Shown: positions 11,800 to 28,443 of the stretch, piece by piece
How the letters are laid out: each line of letters opens with the position of its first letter
Numbering within the stretch: position 1 is the stretch's first letter
From: the human T2T-CHM13v2.0 reference genome, Homo sapiens
DNA length: 64,000 bases
Strand: one strand, 5' to 3'
Assembly: GCF_009914755.1 (NCBI RefSeq)
Contig: NC_060940.1
Notes under the pieces: model-generated
Databases searched by the model: none
What the model was told of the DNA's origin: nothing
The model's input: the letters and a program-made list of their open reading frames with translations, nothing else
Position numbers and translations under genes: made by a program

Positions 11800-12255
11800 T
11801 CCTAGGCTTTATGACAATGCCTAAGTACACGGGTTTGAGGTCCACATTTATATTAACTATACAGTACAGGAATTTCCAAGTCAAGAAATCAGCATTACAA
11901 ATAGTCCTCAGCAAGTACTTCTCCTGAGGTCCTGGGAAGAAATTAATTCAAAATCACTCCATTAAGAGGAAACACTCTCAAAATAGACCTCATAGGATTC
12001 CTACAGGTAAAGTCTTGTTAAGATAAACTCACAATGCAGAACTGTACAGCACAGGAAAAAATGATCTTGAGAAAAAGATATAATAAACTATAGAAATAGA
12101 CGCCAAGGAAACATTAACTGAACTATAGAAGTGACAATAAAATGTGTGTCTTTTACATTATCAAAGAAACAAAGAGGAATCAGCAACATGAGAAAAAAGA
12201 GACAAAGCAGATTTGAAAAATTACCCAAATGGAATTTCAACAAATGAAAAACGGT
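11800..12255 (+). mobile_element. HAL1/L1ME-like fragment
   Basis: cataggattcctacaggtaaag...taaactcacaat...gcagatttgaaaaattacccaaatggaatttc. Confidence 0.55.
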
Positions 12256-13483
12256 AGAAGCTCACAGCAACTAGGGTGATATGACTCATACGTACATGTG
12301 AAACTATACATGTATGGGAATGCAACTGGGAAAAAATGTAGGTGCCATCAAAGAATCACAGTCTACTCCAAACAACCAAGAAAAAGAGAGATCACCTATA
12401 AATGGAGGAACCAGAAAATGCTTAATAAAGGAGGCAGCATTTGAAATATTCTTTAAGGAATAAGTCGTAAAACAGTGGTCATTTTTGGCCAGCAAATATA
12501 TCTTTATTTGACCTTCACAATGTATTTCTTTAAACATTTTATTTTGAGATAATTACAGATTCACGTGCAGTTGTAAGAAATAATACGAAGAGATCCCATG
12601 TACCATTTACCTCATTTTCCTCAATGGTAACATCTTGTAAAATGACAGTACAATATCACAACCAGTATATGAGAATCTATACAGTCAAAATAGCCAACAC
12701 TTCCGTCATCACCACATGAAATCCCTCATGTTCCCTATTGCAGCCACAACAATTTCCTGCCTTCATCCCACCATTAACCCCTAGAAACCACTAATCTGTT
12801 TTCCATTTCTATAATTTTGTCATTTCTAGATTTTGTATCAGTGAAATCATGCAGTGTGAAACAATGAGATTAGCTTTTGTCACTCAGCGTAATTCTCAGG
12901 AAATTCATCCACATTGTTGCATGTATCAACAGTTCTCTCCTTTTTATTGCTGAATAGTATACCATGGTATGGATGTATTATAGTTTGTTTAATCATTCAC
13001 CCTTTGAAGAACAAGAACATCTAGGTTGTTTCCAGTTTTTGGCTATTACGAATAAAACTGCTATAAACATTTATATACAGGTTTTTGTGTAAATACAAGC
13101 TTCATTTCTCTGGGATAAATGCCCAGGAGTGCAATTGCTGGGTTGTATGGTAATTGCATGTTTAGTATTTTAACAAATTGCCAAACCGTTTTTCCAAAGT
13201 GTTATACCATTTTACATTCCCACTTGCAGTGAATGAATGATTCACTGTCTCTACATTCTGAACAGTGTTAGGTAATGTCACAACTTTTATTTTTAGCCAT
13301 TCTGATAGCTGTAGTGATATCTAATTGTGGCTTTAATTTTGCATGTGTCTAATGGCTAATGATGTTGAAATATTTGTATGTGCTTATTTGCCAACTATTA
13401 ATATATGTCCTTTTCAGTAAAATGTATGTTTGTGTCTTTTGTGCATTTTCTAATTGGATTAACTTTTTGATATTGATATTTGA

Positions 13484-13801
<318 letters not shown>

Positions 13802-14514
13802 AAGAGTTCTTTATATATTCTATATATTAATACTAGTTCTGTGTTGGATATATTATTGCAATTATTTTCTCCCAGTATGTAGCTTGTCTATTTATCCTCA
13901 TAACAGAATCTCACAGAACAAAAGTTTTTTAATTTTAACGAAGTCCAATGTATCAATGTTTCTTTGCATAGATTATGCTTTTGTTTAAAGACCATTTGCC
14001 TAATGCTAGATCTTAAAGATTTTTTCCAAATTTTTTTAAGTTTCGTAGTTTAACATTTTGCATTTAAGGTCGTGAATCATTTTGGGTTAATTTTTGTATG
14101 ATATGTGAGACATAGATCAAGGTTTTTCATTTTTGCTTTCCCTACTGATATCCAATTGCTCCAGCACCATTTGTTGAAAGGCTATCTTTTTTCTCCACTG
14201 AGTAGCATTTTTGCACCTTTGCCAAAAATCAGCTGGGCATATTTCTATGATTCTATTTCTGTGTTCTCTATTATGTTCTAATGGTCTATGTGTTTATCCA
14301 TCTGCTAACATAATTAAGATGCAATCTTAATTACTGTAGCTATATAATAAGTTTTGAAATTGAGTAGACTGGTTCCTCCTATTTTATTCTTCTCTTTCAA
14401 AGTGGTTTTAGCTCTTATAGTTCTTTTGCCTTTCCATATACATTTTCAAATACTCTTATCTAAATCTACAAAAAAATATCCTGCAGAGATATTGATAGGA
14501 ATTTTGTTAAACCT

Positions 14515-14964
14515 CGTCCTAGTCCATTTTGTGTTGCTGTAACAGAATACTTCAGGCTGGGAGATTTATAAAGAAAAGAGGTTTACTTAGCTCATGATTC
14601 TGTAGGCTTGGAAGCATAAAAGTATGGCACCAGCAGCTGCTCAGTTTCTGGTGAGGGCTTTCCTGTGGCATCACAATATGGTGAAAGGTTGAAGGGGAAG
14701 TGGGCACATGTAAAGAGAGGAAAACCCCAGGGAATCCTGTGTTTAAAACAACCCATTCTCACGGGAACTAACCCATTCCAAGAGAACAAATCCAGTCTCC
14801 CGCAAGCCAGAACTCACTCTACTGTGAGAATGGCACCAAGCCATTCATGAAGGATCTGCTTCTATGATCCAAACACCTCCTACTAGGCGCCACCTCTCAA
14901 TACCACCACATTGAAGATCAAACTCCAACATGTGCTTTAATGGGGACAAACTCAGGTCATAGCA
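14515..14964 (-). mobile_element. MST-family (MSTB-like) MaLR solo LTR
   Basis: (c)gtcctagtccattttgtgttgctgtaacagaatac...catagca; 5-bp TSD aacct on both sides. Confidence 0.9.
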
Positions 14965-15757
14965 AACCTGTATATCAATTTGGAAAGAAATGACATCTTT
15001 ACTATGTTGAGTTTTCCAATTCATAAGTTTGTATCCTTCTCCATTTAGTTAGGCCTTTGATTTCCTTCATCAGTGTTTTGAACATCAACAGTGTTCAGAA
15101 TGCAACTTTTGTACATGTTTTATTCAATTTACATGCAAGCATTTTATTTTCGAGTGATTGTAAATAGTATTTTTTAATTCTGGTGTCCATGTGTTCATTG
15201 CTAGAATATAAAAATACAATTAACTTTCTAACAAACATTTATCTCGTGACCTTGCAAAACTAACTTATTAGATCTAGGAGTTTTGTTTGTTTTGTTTTTT
15301 GTATATTTCTTAGGATTTTCCATCTAGACAATCATGTTATCTGCCACTAAGAATACTTTCATTTCTTCCTTTCTTATATGTCTGTCTTTTATTTCCTTTT
15401 TCTGCCTTATTGCATTTGCAATATATTGAATGTGGTAAAAGCAGAAATAATTGTTTCATTACCAGTCTTAGGGAGAAATAATTCAGTCTTTTGTCATTAA
15501 GTATAATCTTAGCTGTAACTGTTTTCTATATGCTCTTTATCAAGTTGAGGAAGTCCCCTTCTACTCCTAGTTTTCTGAGATTTTTTGAAATGAATAGAAG
15601 CAGAATTTTGACAAGTGCTTTTTGGGCATTCATTGACATAATTTTGTCATTTTTCTTCTTTAGCGAGTTGATATACTAGATTATATTGGTTGACTTTCAA
15701 ATATCGAACCAGCCTTTCATCCCTAGAATAAACCCCACATGGTCGTCATGTACAATG

Positions 15758-15795
<38 letters not shown>
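15758..15795. repeat. (CT)n(GT)n microsatellite
   Basis: Directly visible. Confidence 0.95.
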
Positions 15796-16078
15796 ATACT
15801 ATCTGAATTCTATCTGCTAATATTTTGTTAAGGATTTTTGCATCTAAATTTATGTCGGGTATTAGTCTATAGTTTTCTTTTTGTGTATTGTCTGTCTTGT
15901 TTTGTTATCTAGTTAATCCCAACTTCATAAAACAAAAGTGTTCCCTTCTTTTCTATTGTCTGTAAAAGATGTGTAGAATTGGTATTAATTTTTCTTTAAA
16001 CATTTGGTAAGTTCTCCAGTGAAACTATCGAAGTCTGGAAACTTTTTTTGGGTGGAGTATTTTAAATTAAGCACTCAG

Positions 16079-16443
<365 letters not shown>

Positions 16444-16822
16444 TAAATGGCATTAGTTTATGTTTTTCAAGGAATTAACTCATTTTATCTAAGTTTTCAA
16501 CATTAAATGTGTAAAGTTGTAGACAGTATTTTGTATTATCCTTTTGATGTCTGCAGGGTCTGTATTAATATCACATTTTATTCTTGATATTGGTAATCCG
16601 TATCTTCTATTTTTTTCTTTGTTAGTCAATCAGTTCTTGGAGAAGCTTGTTGATTATATTGATTTTTGCAAAGAATCAGTCTATTGTTTAATCGATTTTC
16701 TCTATTGTTTTCTTGTTTTTAATTCCACTAATTTCATCCCTTGTCTTTATTATTTCCTTCTTTCTGTTTGCTTTGGGTTTATTTTGCTCTTCTTTTTCTA
16801 GGTTCCTGAGGTGGAAGCTTAG

Positions 16823-17202
<380 letters not shown>

Positions 17203-20200
17203 TAGTGCTACAAATTATTTTTCAGCACTGTTTTAGCTGTGTTCTACAAGTTATCATATGTTGCATTTTCATTTTCTACAGTTTATTATATTTTTAAACT
17301 TTCTCTTGAGAATTATTCTTTGACCCATGGATTATTTAGAAGTCTGTTTTTCAGTGCCAAAGTATTTGGAGACTTTCCTGTTATTTTTCTGTTATTAATT
17401 TTTAGTTTGATTTCACTGTGGTCAGAGAACACACTTTCTATAATTTCACTTCATTTAAATTAGTTGAGATTTGTTTTATGGCCCAGGATGTAGCCTATCT
17501 TGGTATGTGCTCATGGGCACTTGGAAACAATCTGTATTCTGTTGTTGGATGGTGTGTTCTGCAAATATTAGATTAGATTCTGTTGATTGATGGTGTCATT
17601 GAATTCTTCTATATCCTTGTTCATTTCTGTCTAATTGTTCTATAAATTTGTGAGAGAGTGATGTTGAAGATTCCAGCTGTAATTATGGATTTGTCTATCC
17701 CTCTTTTCAATTCTGTTTTTGTTTCACATATTTTGCAACTCTGCTGTTCAGTGCATGTGTATTTAGGATTGCTATGACTTATTGGTGGTCTGACCCTCTT
17801 ATGACCTTTCTGTTTCTGGTAATATTCTTTGCTCTGAAGTTTATTTTATCTAATATTAATATAACCACTCCTGCTTTCCTTTGATTAATATTTATAGGAT
17901 ATATCTTTTTCCATTCTTTTAATTTTGACCTGCCTATATAATTATATTTGAAGTGAGTTGTTAGACAGTAGATAGTTTCAATATGTGTTTAAATTCACTC
18001 TGCCAATCTCTGTCTTTTACGCTATTATAGACCATTTATATTTAATGTAATTACATGTACAGAAGGGCTTAGGTCTGCCATTTTGCTTTCTGCTTTCTGT
18101 TCTCTCTATTTCAGGTTCTCTGTTTTCTTCTTCCTGCCTTCTTTTCTTTTCCCTAACTTTATTCCTGTTTTCCTGCCTCCTTGAACATTTATTACAATTA
18201 CATTTTTATTTATGCTTTTTGAGTATATTTTTGTGTAGCTTTTTACTTGTTAATTGTTACTTTAGGTATTGCATTATATATACATAGCTTGTTATACTCT
18301 AATAGTGTCATTTGACCAATTTGGGTGAAGTATAAAAAACTTACCTCCCTTAACATGTCCTTACCTTCCCCCATTTAAATACAATTATCTTAAATGTTTT
18401 CTCTATATACACTTAGAATCACATTATGCAGTTTTATAATTTTTAGTTTAACTGTCAAACATAATTTAGAAAACTCAAGGAAAGAAGGAAAGTCTATTGT
18501 ATTTACCTGTATTTTAGCTTTTATTTTTTCTTCCTGGTGTTCCAAGGCTCCTTCTTTTACCATTTACTTTCCATTTAGAGAACTTCATTTAGCCATTTCT
18601 TTAGGGTAAGTCTGCTAGTGATAAATTCTATTAAATTTCCTTCTTTTGAGAATATCTTCATTGGCCCCATTCATTCCTGAAGGATACTTTCACTGGATAT
18701 TGAATTCTGGGTTGACAGTTCTTTTCTTTCAGCATTTGAAGAAAGCAAAACAAAATAAAACAAAACAAAAAACACTGTACTGCTTTCTTCTGGCCCCCAT
18801 GATTTAAGATAAAAAAAGTCTGCTATTATGTTGTTTACTTGCTTGCTTGTGTGTTTTTCCCCTTCAGGTAAGATGTCATTCTCTGCCTGCTTTCAGAACT
18901 TTGTCTTTAATTTTCAGAAGTTTAATTATTATGAATCTTGACATGAATTTCTTTGGATTTGTCCTGTTTGTGGCTCAGTAGATTTATGTCTCTTGCCAAA
19001 TTTGGGAAGTTTTCAGCCATTATTTCTTTCAGTGCTTTGTCATCTTCAGTCTCTCCTGTTCTTTCGGGATCCTGATAACATAAATGCTGGATGTTTTATT
19101 GTAGTCCCACAGGTCACTGAAACTGGTTTTTTTTTTTTAGTCTATTTTCTCTGTGTTGTTTAAATGAGTTATTTTTATTGTTCTGTCTTCCAGTTCACTG
19201 ATCCTTCCTTTGTCACTTCCATTCTGTTAAGCCTAGCCACTGAGTTTATTACTTCAGTCATTTTACTTTTCATTTTTCATATAGTTCTTTATATCTTCTA
19301 TTTCTTTGCTGAGATTGTCTTTTTTTTATTTGTTTCAAGCATGTTTATATTGCACATTGAAGCATTTTTATCATGGTCACTTTAAAAATCTTTGTCAGAC
19401 GTTTCTAATACCTCTGTCATTTTAGCATTGGCCTCTATTGATTGTTTTTCATTCAGTTTGAGATCTTTCTGGCTGTTGGTATGAAAAGTGAGTTTTTTAA
19501 ATTGAATCTTGAACACTTTTTATTAAGTGATAAGCCTTTAGATCTCATTTAAACCTCTTGTTTTAATTTCATTTCTTTAATGCCACTTCAGCAGGGGGAG
19601 GAATAGCACTTGCTTGTCACTGGCAAATGGAGGTAAAAGGCCAGATTTCCCACTGAGCCTTTCTTGACACCAAAAGTGATGATGCAGGTTATGGGGAGAG
19701 TTCCTTGTTACTTCCTGGCAGTGGTAGGAGCTCTGGCTCCCCAGGTGGTCTCCATTAACACTTGGGTGGCATGGTTTTATTACTGCTGGCTGATAGTGAA
19801 AGTCCTGACTCTCCACCAGACCTCCTCCTACACCACCCTAGCAGGGAGGGAAAGAGAACCTCATTACTGCCAGATGAAGATAAAAGTCAATGCTACAAAG
19901 TTCCACAAGTGATCTCCAGCAACACATGGTTGAATGGAGGAGGAAGGCGAAGAGTTGGTCATGCAAGTTCTCTACTTGGCTCGATCTGACACCACCCCGA
20001 TAAGGATGTTGGGTGCCTTATTACACCCTCATGGAGGATAGAACTCAACGCTCCCCACTTGGCCTTTGTTGACATGGCTGTGGACAGGACCACAGTTTTT
20101 CCTATAATGTTTGGCTGGAGTATGATAGCTATTGTCTAAAAGTTTTCTGTGTTGCTAGGCTGCCCCTTTCCTGTTACATCAGTCAGAGATAGCTTTTGTT

Positions 20201-20608
20201 GGGGCTTAGTTTTTCTGTGCCCACTGGTGTTTCTGGCTTGTTGACTCCTTCAATTCCAAGTCTGGGATATATGACATAAAAAGAAAGCCCAGGGAACTCA
20301 CCAGTATGTTACATCTTGATTCCTGAGATCCTAAGTCTGTCTTCTTCTCTCCACTTTTCAAAGTCTTCTTATGCTTGTGTTATATATACTATCCAGGATT
20401 TTAGTTGTACTTATTAGGAGGAATAGGGGAATGTGTAACTACTCCATTTGTCCAGAAGCAAGAGTCTTTCACAGTCTATCTTTAAAATTTGAATTTGTTG
20501 CCAACATAAGTTTTCAAATGTGAGAATTCAGATATATGGCTTCTCTTGAAAACTTGGAATATTTGGCAATATTGGGCCCACATTCCAGAATGGAAGTAAA
20601 TGGCTAGA

Positions 20609-20800
20609 GCTGCATTGTCCAATATGGTAGTCCACTAGCCACATATGGGCTATAAACATTTAAAATTAATTACATTAAGTAAATAAAAATTTTAATCCCT
20701 CAGTCATACTGGCCACATATGACTAGTGACTACTGTATTAGACAGTTCCGCTACAGAACATTTCCATCATGAAGAACAGAAAGTTCTTCACACAGCACTG
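20609..20800 (-). mobile_element. MER3 hAT-Charlie MITE
   Basis: gctgcattgtccaatatggtag..ccactagccacat...agaacatttccatcat...aaagttct. Confidence 0.85.
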
Positions 20801-21093
20801 GATTTGAGTGTGATGGGAACATGCATGTCCCAGTATGCCATATCCTTACCATGTGATAATATATTAGGTCATGTCATTCATTTACCTCACCTGCTGAAAT
20901 ATTTGTATTTATAATCCCTAGTTTACAGGGTAAGTAGGATTTTTGACTTACGGAGATGCAGAGGTAAGCGTTCCAGGTGGAAAGTCCAGCAGGAACAATA
21001 AAACAGGTGGGAGGAGCTGTGGCCCTAGAAAATCAAGGCAGTTAGATTTGGACAGAGATTAAGAGAGGAATAGGGAAAGAAAAGCAATGTAGA

Positions 21094-21470
<377 letters not shown>

Positions 21471-21589
21471 CTAGTTGTGTGGCCGGGCTAAGAGGAGACC
21501 TTGCCAGTCTCACCTTGGATCACTTGCCCTATTGTTCTCTGAGCCCCAGCTTACCCTGGCTGTCTCTCAGTTCATTGGATGTCCCAAGT

Positions 21590-21920
21590 AACTTCCTTCC
21601 TTAGGATCTTCACATTGCCTAGGCCTCTGCCTGGACCACTCTGCACCCCAAGTTTCAACCCTACATGCTGGGCCAACTCCATTTAACCAGCAAACTCCCC
21701 TGGCCATTTGTACTCACAGCCCCACATTCAAGTCCATGGCACTCATCACAATGTATATTTATCATCAACTGGAGTATGTACTTATCTTTTTCTCTCTCTC
21801 CCCCTATTTAGCTGTGAGTTTCATGAGAGCCAGGACCATGGCCATCTTTGTCCACTGCTGTATTCTCTGAATAAGCAGAGAGCCTACCACAGAGTAAACA
21901 CCAGAGCAGACATTGATTGC
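21590..21920 (+). mobile_element. L2 3' end
   Basis: tagctgtgagtttcatgagagccaggaccatg..tcttt.gtccactgctgtattc. Confidence 0.7.
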
Positions 21921-22344
21921 TAAAGTTATGAAAGTTATTCAGACCTTAGTTACTGCATCAGCAAAATGGAGGCAATAGTAACAACTGCCCTTGCATTACA
22001 AACATATTAGGAGTATAAAACAAGATAGATTATTTTTACATTTAAGACCAAAAAGCTATAAACATTTTTATTATTGAAAGGAAAGGTGTTAGTTAAAAAG
22101 TAATCAATTATGAGACTCTCTGGTGGCCCTGTTAGATGGACACAGTATAGAACTCAGGAGCTTAGCTGTAAGCTGAGGTTGTTAGAAAGTGGCTGGACAA
22201 CACTGCTATGAATTTTGCCCTCATAGTACCCAGTTGATTACTGAATGTTTTGTTTGGCACTAGGTCTAATAGCTTTTATTTTAATCTAAAGCCTGATGGA
22301 TTTCATTCCAGAGGGAGGTATATTTTATGTCTTAGCTAATTACT

Positions 22345-22515
22345 TCCAAGTCAATCAAGGAGCATCAAACCTTCTGGGCCTCAGTTTCCCCATTTGTTAA
22401 ATGAGAATAATAATTGCTGTTCTGTTTAACTCACAGGTTTGTAAAGATCATCTGAGAAAACTAATGGGAACACAGCTGACAAATTATAATGCACTGTGCA
22501 AATGTAGGGTGTTCT
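22345..22515 (+). mobile_element. MIR
   Basis: ctgggcctcagtttccccatttgttaaatgagaataataa. Confidence 0.75.
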
Positions 22516-22886
22516 TATTTGGAAGTAGTATTTGGGCTTCTTGCCCCAGGATGCTGTGTTTACAGGAGGATTGGCCCAAGGCCAACAGTGGTTTTACCAT
22601 TAAAGAGTGTTCAATTTGAGTGACACCGAAAGAATTCTGAGTGTTGACCCCCAACAAGGCCAGAAAGATAAGGAATGCATTGCAATCTTTGCTAGCGCTA
22701 TTCCAACACCTGCAGACTCTGCCTGGGAAGGCCTTGGGGCAGTGACTGACCTGATTCATAGTCATGTGCCTGGTGCTTTTGCTTCACTACCTGCAGCTAA
22801 GAACTTCAAAGGTAGAGTGGAATGATCCCAAGAGGGATGGACCAACTGAGCCCCACAATTGGGCAAAGGCTTTTCTTTCATCTCAG

Positions 22887-23004
22887 CGTTGCTGCCCCAA
22901 CCTGGGACAAGGTGAGGCTGGCATGTCAGCAGCATTCACCTCTCAGTACAGCAGAGGGCAGTGGTGACTTCATCTCAGTCCACACCCAGGCCCAGTATGG
23001 AGGG
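22887..23004 (+). other. Candidate exon with alternative donors (after 22911 and 23004)
   Basis: cttttctttcatctcAG acceptor; AAG|GTGAGG and GGG|GTGAGT donors. Confidence 0.3.
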
Positions 23005-25220
23005 GTGAGTACTCCTGTGCATGTGTGCAGGTCAGGAGCATAGGCCAGGCCCTCTGATACCTGGGATAAGCACTCTTATCCTCCTCCTCCACCCTAGTGA
23101 CCACCCCCAACCCCGCCATGGCCAAAATACATACTCACAAGTAGGCATAGAGACATGTAAGCATACACATACACACATATGCACAATCACATGCATACAT
23201 GCATATACACACAAAAACACATGTGGATACACACAGTAGGGAGTTTTCAAGTGAATCCCTACAAACTACTATAGCTTAAGCCATTTAACATCTATATTGA
23301 ACAACAACAACAACAAGACAATTGCCTGAGGTTGAAAAGCCTGAAATTTCTTTTTAACTAAGCGAAGAGATGAGTCTGTTCCACCAGACAACCAGGAGTT
23401 GGTGCAATTAAGTGACCAGGGTGCTGCAGTCTAGAGATCAAAGAACCTTTTCTAGCCCCAACCAACCATACCACTGTCTGATGTGACCTAAGGCCAAGTA
23501 CTATCTTCCTGTGCTCCAGTTGTCTCTAACATGAAATAAGGACGTTGGTCTCAACATTCCATGCACACTTTAATCTCCATGGCTCTGTTCTCCCCTGCTG
23601 CCTTCATCTTCCTAATCACAGACAGGGGAGGTGTCCTGTCTTCGCTCTATTGCCCAATCCCTGAGAAACAGAGGGCAGAAAGCCAGCTGAGCTGGAGAAG
23701 CTCCCTTCCTCCCTTCCAATGGTACTTAAAATGACTTCAGGCACCGATGGCGCATAGGGCATCATTTTAAGGTATATGGGTTTATTTGACTAAATTAGAA
23801 ATCAGGAAAGAGGTCAAAAATGAAGTCAGATGAAGATTTTAAAGGGAACTGAGTTCATTCTGTCTTTTGCCTCGGGTAGGTGGGATCCCATAGGAACCTG
23901 AGCTTCTGGGGAGATTTGGAGCTGGGATATTAAGCCTGTAGTTTTTTTTGTTCTAGGAAGTAGGTTTTAGAGGGATGGGCTAGAGAACCAGGACCAGATT
24001 TCAGCAAAATTATGAGGTCAGTGACATTTCTGTTCTGTGTTCCTTCCTCCCATTGAGGGCACCTTCATGACCCATTTTCGAGACAGCCATCCAATGGCTT
24101 CGTGGCAGACGCAACTCCCTCCTGACCGCTCCCAGGCTGTCTTCCCACCCCCGGAAAACTGCCCTGGTTAAGTCTAGATCTCTAGATGTCACCTGATTTC
24201 AATGTAGGAAAGTGGATTTGCGTCCTGAAAAACCATTTCACTTCAACAAAATAGGTAATACTATCTATGAGGGGCCAGACCTATGCTAGGAGACAAGTAG
24301 GGCAAGACCCTGCCCTCAAGGGACTCCATGGGTGACATTCAACTATGTTCCTCCCTGTCTCCATTCCCTGACAGTTCAAGGCTGTGAACATAACTCTTTT
24401 AGGTGGACTTGAGATCCAAGTTGGCTTGAGGCCTGCCCTTCAACCATCCTCAGTCATCCAGGTGAAGCACATGTCCTGCCAATGCTCATTCTCCACCGTC
24501 TCCTTCAAATATTGAACATCTGAACCCAAGAGCTCACCATGTCTTCTCCATTTCCGATCATAGAGTTCAAATGCCCTGCTTATTGATAATGCACTTGGAA
24601 ATCTGTTTTCTTTCTTCTCTAAGGGAATTGTGTAAAATGTCCATTTCCTCAAATCAAAATATTTCCAAGATAATTAGCCAATTTGTTGACTTATTAAAAA
24701 TAACAGCATTATAAAGGAAGAGATGGCTTGGATTCTGCAGGAGAAAATCAGAAAATTAATTCTTCACAGATTTGTAACTTTCGAAGCACAGTAGTCTAGC
24801 GTGACGGAGTAATCATATGCTCCTCTGTTTTGCAAATGGGGCAAACTGAAGTTCCACTGTGTCACCCAAAAGACCCACATAATCATATTCCATCATTGCT
24901 GAAGGTTTGAGAATGGTGCCCTTCTAACAGGGTGCCTGTCCTTGATCATTACCATGGTGACTGCTTTAATATGTCTGAGTGTGTCTGGGAGGATTGGGCA
25001 GTGACACTCAGTGGCTCTGTCCCATGCATGTTAAATGGGAAGAGCCTGGGGTGTCAGGCTTCTCATCTGAGCCCTCTATAGAGGACATGACCAGACATCA
25101 GGAGAGCAGGTTGTACTCCTAACAAGCTTTCTGCCAGTGGAGCTCTGGGAGCAGAGCCAAGCACCTCCCACTCCAGGTCTCAATTTCCTCATCTGTAAAA
25201 TTACGACTTTGGCTTGGAAG

Positions 25221-25593
25221 CAGGCTGCTCTTGAACCAATTCTGAACCATAATAAAGTTTTCCCTGAAATGAGGAAAGATGAGGCCTGCCTAGTGAGTTC
25301 CTCTTAAAGCCATATGTATTCAGTTTTAAGGACTGTCCTTTATCTTGACCACAGGTCTTGCTTACAGATAATGTTAAAACTTCACTTTAAAAAATTAAAT
25401 AATGGTGCAAATAAATGATAGTTGAGTTTTGTTGCAAATAAATGATAGTTGAGTTTTGTTTTGTTTTTAATGTCTTAACTTGGCAAAATTAAAAGTTGGC
25501 CCCAAAAAAAAAACCCCAGCAATTCCTTATCAGTCCTCAAAATACCTTTAGAATTATACAGGTCTATGAAATTGAAAGAACTAGGAACCACTG
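25221..25593. mobile_element. hAT-Charlie-type DNA transposon relic inserted into a MIR
   Basis: cag...aggaaccactg termini; flanks join into MIR core (ctcaatttcctcatctgtaaaa | ggttggatgttctctaag). Confidence 0.55.
25406..25459. repeat. Perfect 27-bp tandem duplication
   Basis: TGCAAATAAATGATAGTTGAGTTTTGT x2. Confidence 0.95.
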
Positions 25594-25716
25594 GGTTGGA
25601 TGTTCTCTAAGCTCCCTCCTGGCTGGGATTCTCACTGTGTCTGATCGCCACACCTGTTAGTGGAAAGTCCAACACTGCCCTTACTAAGAAAAGTAGTTGT
25701 CCATTTTTCAATGTTT

Positions 25717-26402
<686 letters not shown>

Positions 26403-27364
26403 TAGCTATTACATGTTAAGTTGAGGGGTCTCAGGAAGGCTCGCTGCTCCTCTATGCTGTTTTTCTGACAAAAGGGTCAATCTGAAATATCAACATCTAG
26501 GAGTTTTTCATTTCCCCACAGCATCCTCCATTGGAATGTCTCTGTCTAGGAGTCCAATAACTTCATCCAGCCCATTTCATCTGAATGAATCTGAATTGAA
26601 AGGAGGATGAGTAGGTAATGCAGAAAGAGGTAGGAAAGTGCCAGAAATACAGGTTTCTCTGCCACTCTCTTGCCTTGCATGGCTCTGGATATGCCACATA
26701 CTTGAGCTGCTTTTCAGGAATGGTGGCCATGACATAGACCATCCACAAACCCTCTTGCACAGATCCGCATGTCCCCTAGCACAATACAGCTAGGCCACTG
26801 GCCGTCAAGGGTAGAGGTGACCTCCCCATGAGAGCATTCATGTTAGACCATTGCTCGGCATATCCAGAAGTGAAATGTTCAGCAAAGCTCCAGCTGTCTA
26901 CAATTCACATTTTTATCAGCTTAAGCTTCCCTTTGAGATGCTGAGAAGTTTGTTTGCTAGGTTCCTAAGCAAAGCCCAAAGGAGTTGGAAACCTTCACAA
27001 AATAATATTAAGCATCCGAAGGCTTTTGCGTGAATGAAATGGTTGAGACAAGATCTACTATAAAATAGACTAGTAATAAATGACTGCAAAGAAATGCATC
27101 CAGAGCACAAAGACTGTGCATATGCCTCCAAATCTCCATGAAATGCTCATGAGAATAGCAAGGGTTGGAATCCAGGAGGAATTGATGCATCCAAATGGCC
27201 TCCCAACTAAAGCATCAGCCCTGCATGTCTGCCCTTCCTTAGCCCAGCCTCACAGCCCAGATTTAAGAAATGGTTGTTTTTAAAAGAGAGTAACAGACAC
27301 TGAGCTGGCCCCTGAGAGGATAAAAATTGAACACATGCATTCATTCATTCATTCCATAATAATG

Positions 27365-27935
<571 letters not shown>

Positions 27936-28414
27936 CATGTGCCAGGCACTGAGCCAATGGTGGGAGACCATGCAGAGTGCCAGGGGATACAATGGTGGGA
28001 GACTGTGCAGAGTGCCAGGATGGTGAAAGGTTAAGTTTGAGGCCAGGAAGGCAGTGGGAGGGTTGTGGGAGGTAGATCTCCCACTGATCCACCAGTGGCT
28101 TTTCCCCTCTGTTCCTCTGTCTGTAAAATGTGAGGGTGACCTAAATATTCTCTAAGACATCCTTAGATCAAAAAGGATCAAAAACATAAAGTAGTGGACT
28201 AGGCTGCGGAACACAGTGGATAGGAGTTTCTGTATATGTAGAGAAGGAGTGGTCTAAAGAGGAAAAGCAAGCTCCTGAAGAAAGATGGAAAGATCCATTC
28301 TGTCCTGCTCTATAATCTGGGGGATGGGGGCAGGGGAGGCAGAGAAGGAACTACCCAAAGCCTTCTCTATAATCTGGGAAGCTTGTGCACAGCCAATGAG
28401 AGAGGGCAAAGCCG

Positions 28415-28443
28415 AAAAAAAAAAAAAAAAAAAAAAAAAAAAA
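28415..28443. repeat. Isolated A29 tract
   Basis: Directly visible; no Alu or L1 body upstream. Confidence 0.95.

Noticed and set aside
23740-23753. CTCF site GGCACCGATGGCGC, and the surrounding hairpin as a known miRNA
   Set aside because: Only the 3' half matches CTCF; the hairpin is short with a tiny loop and matches no miRNA I recognise.
28415-28443. A29 as the tail of a processed pseudogene
   Set aside because: No upstream AATAAA, ORF remnant or flanking TSD was seen.
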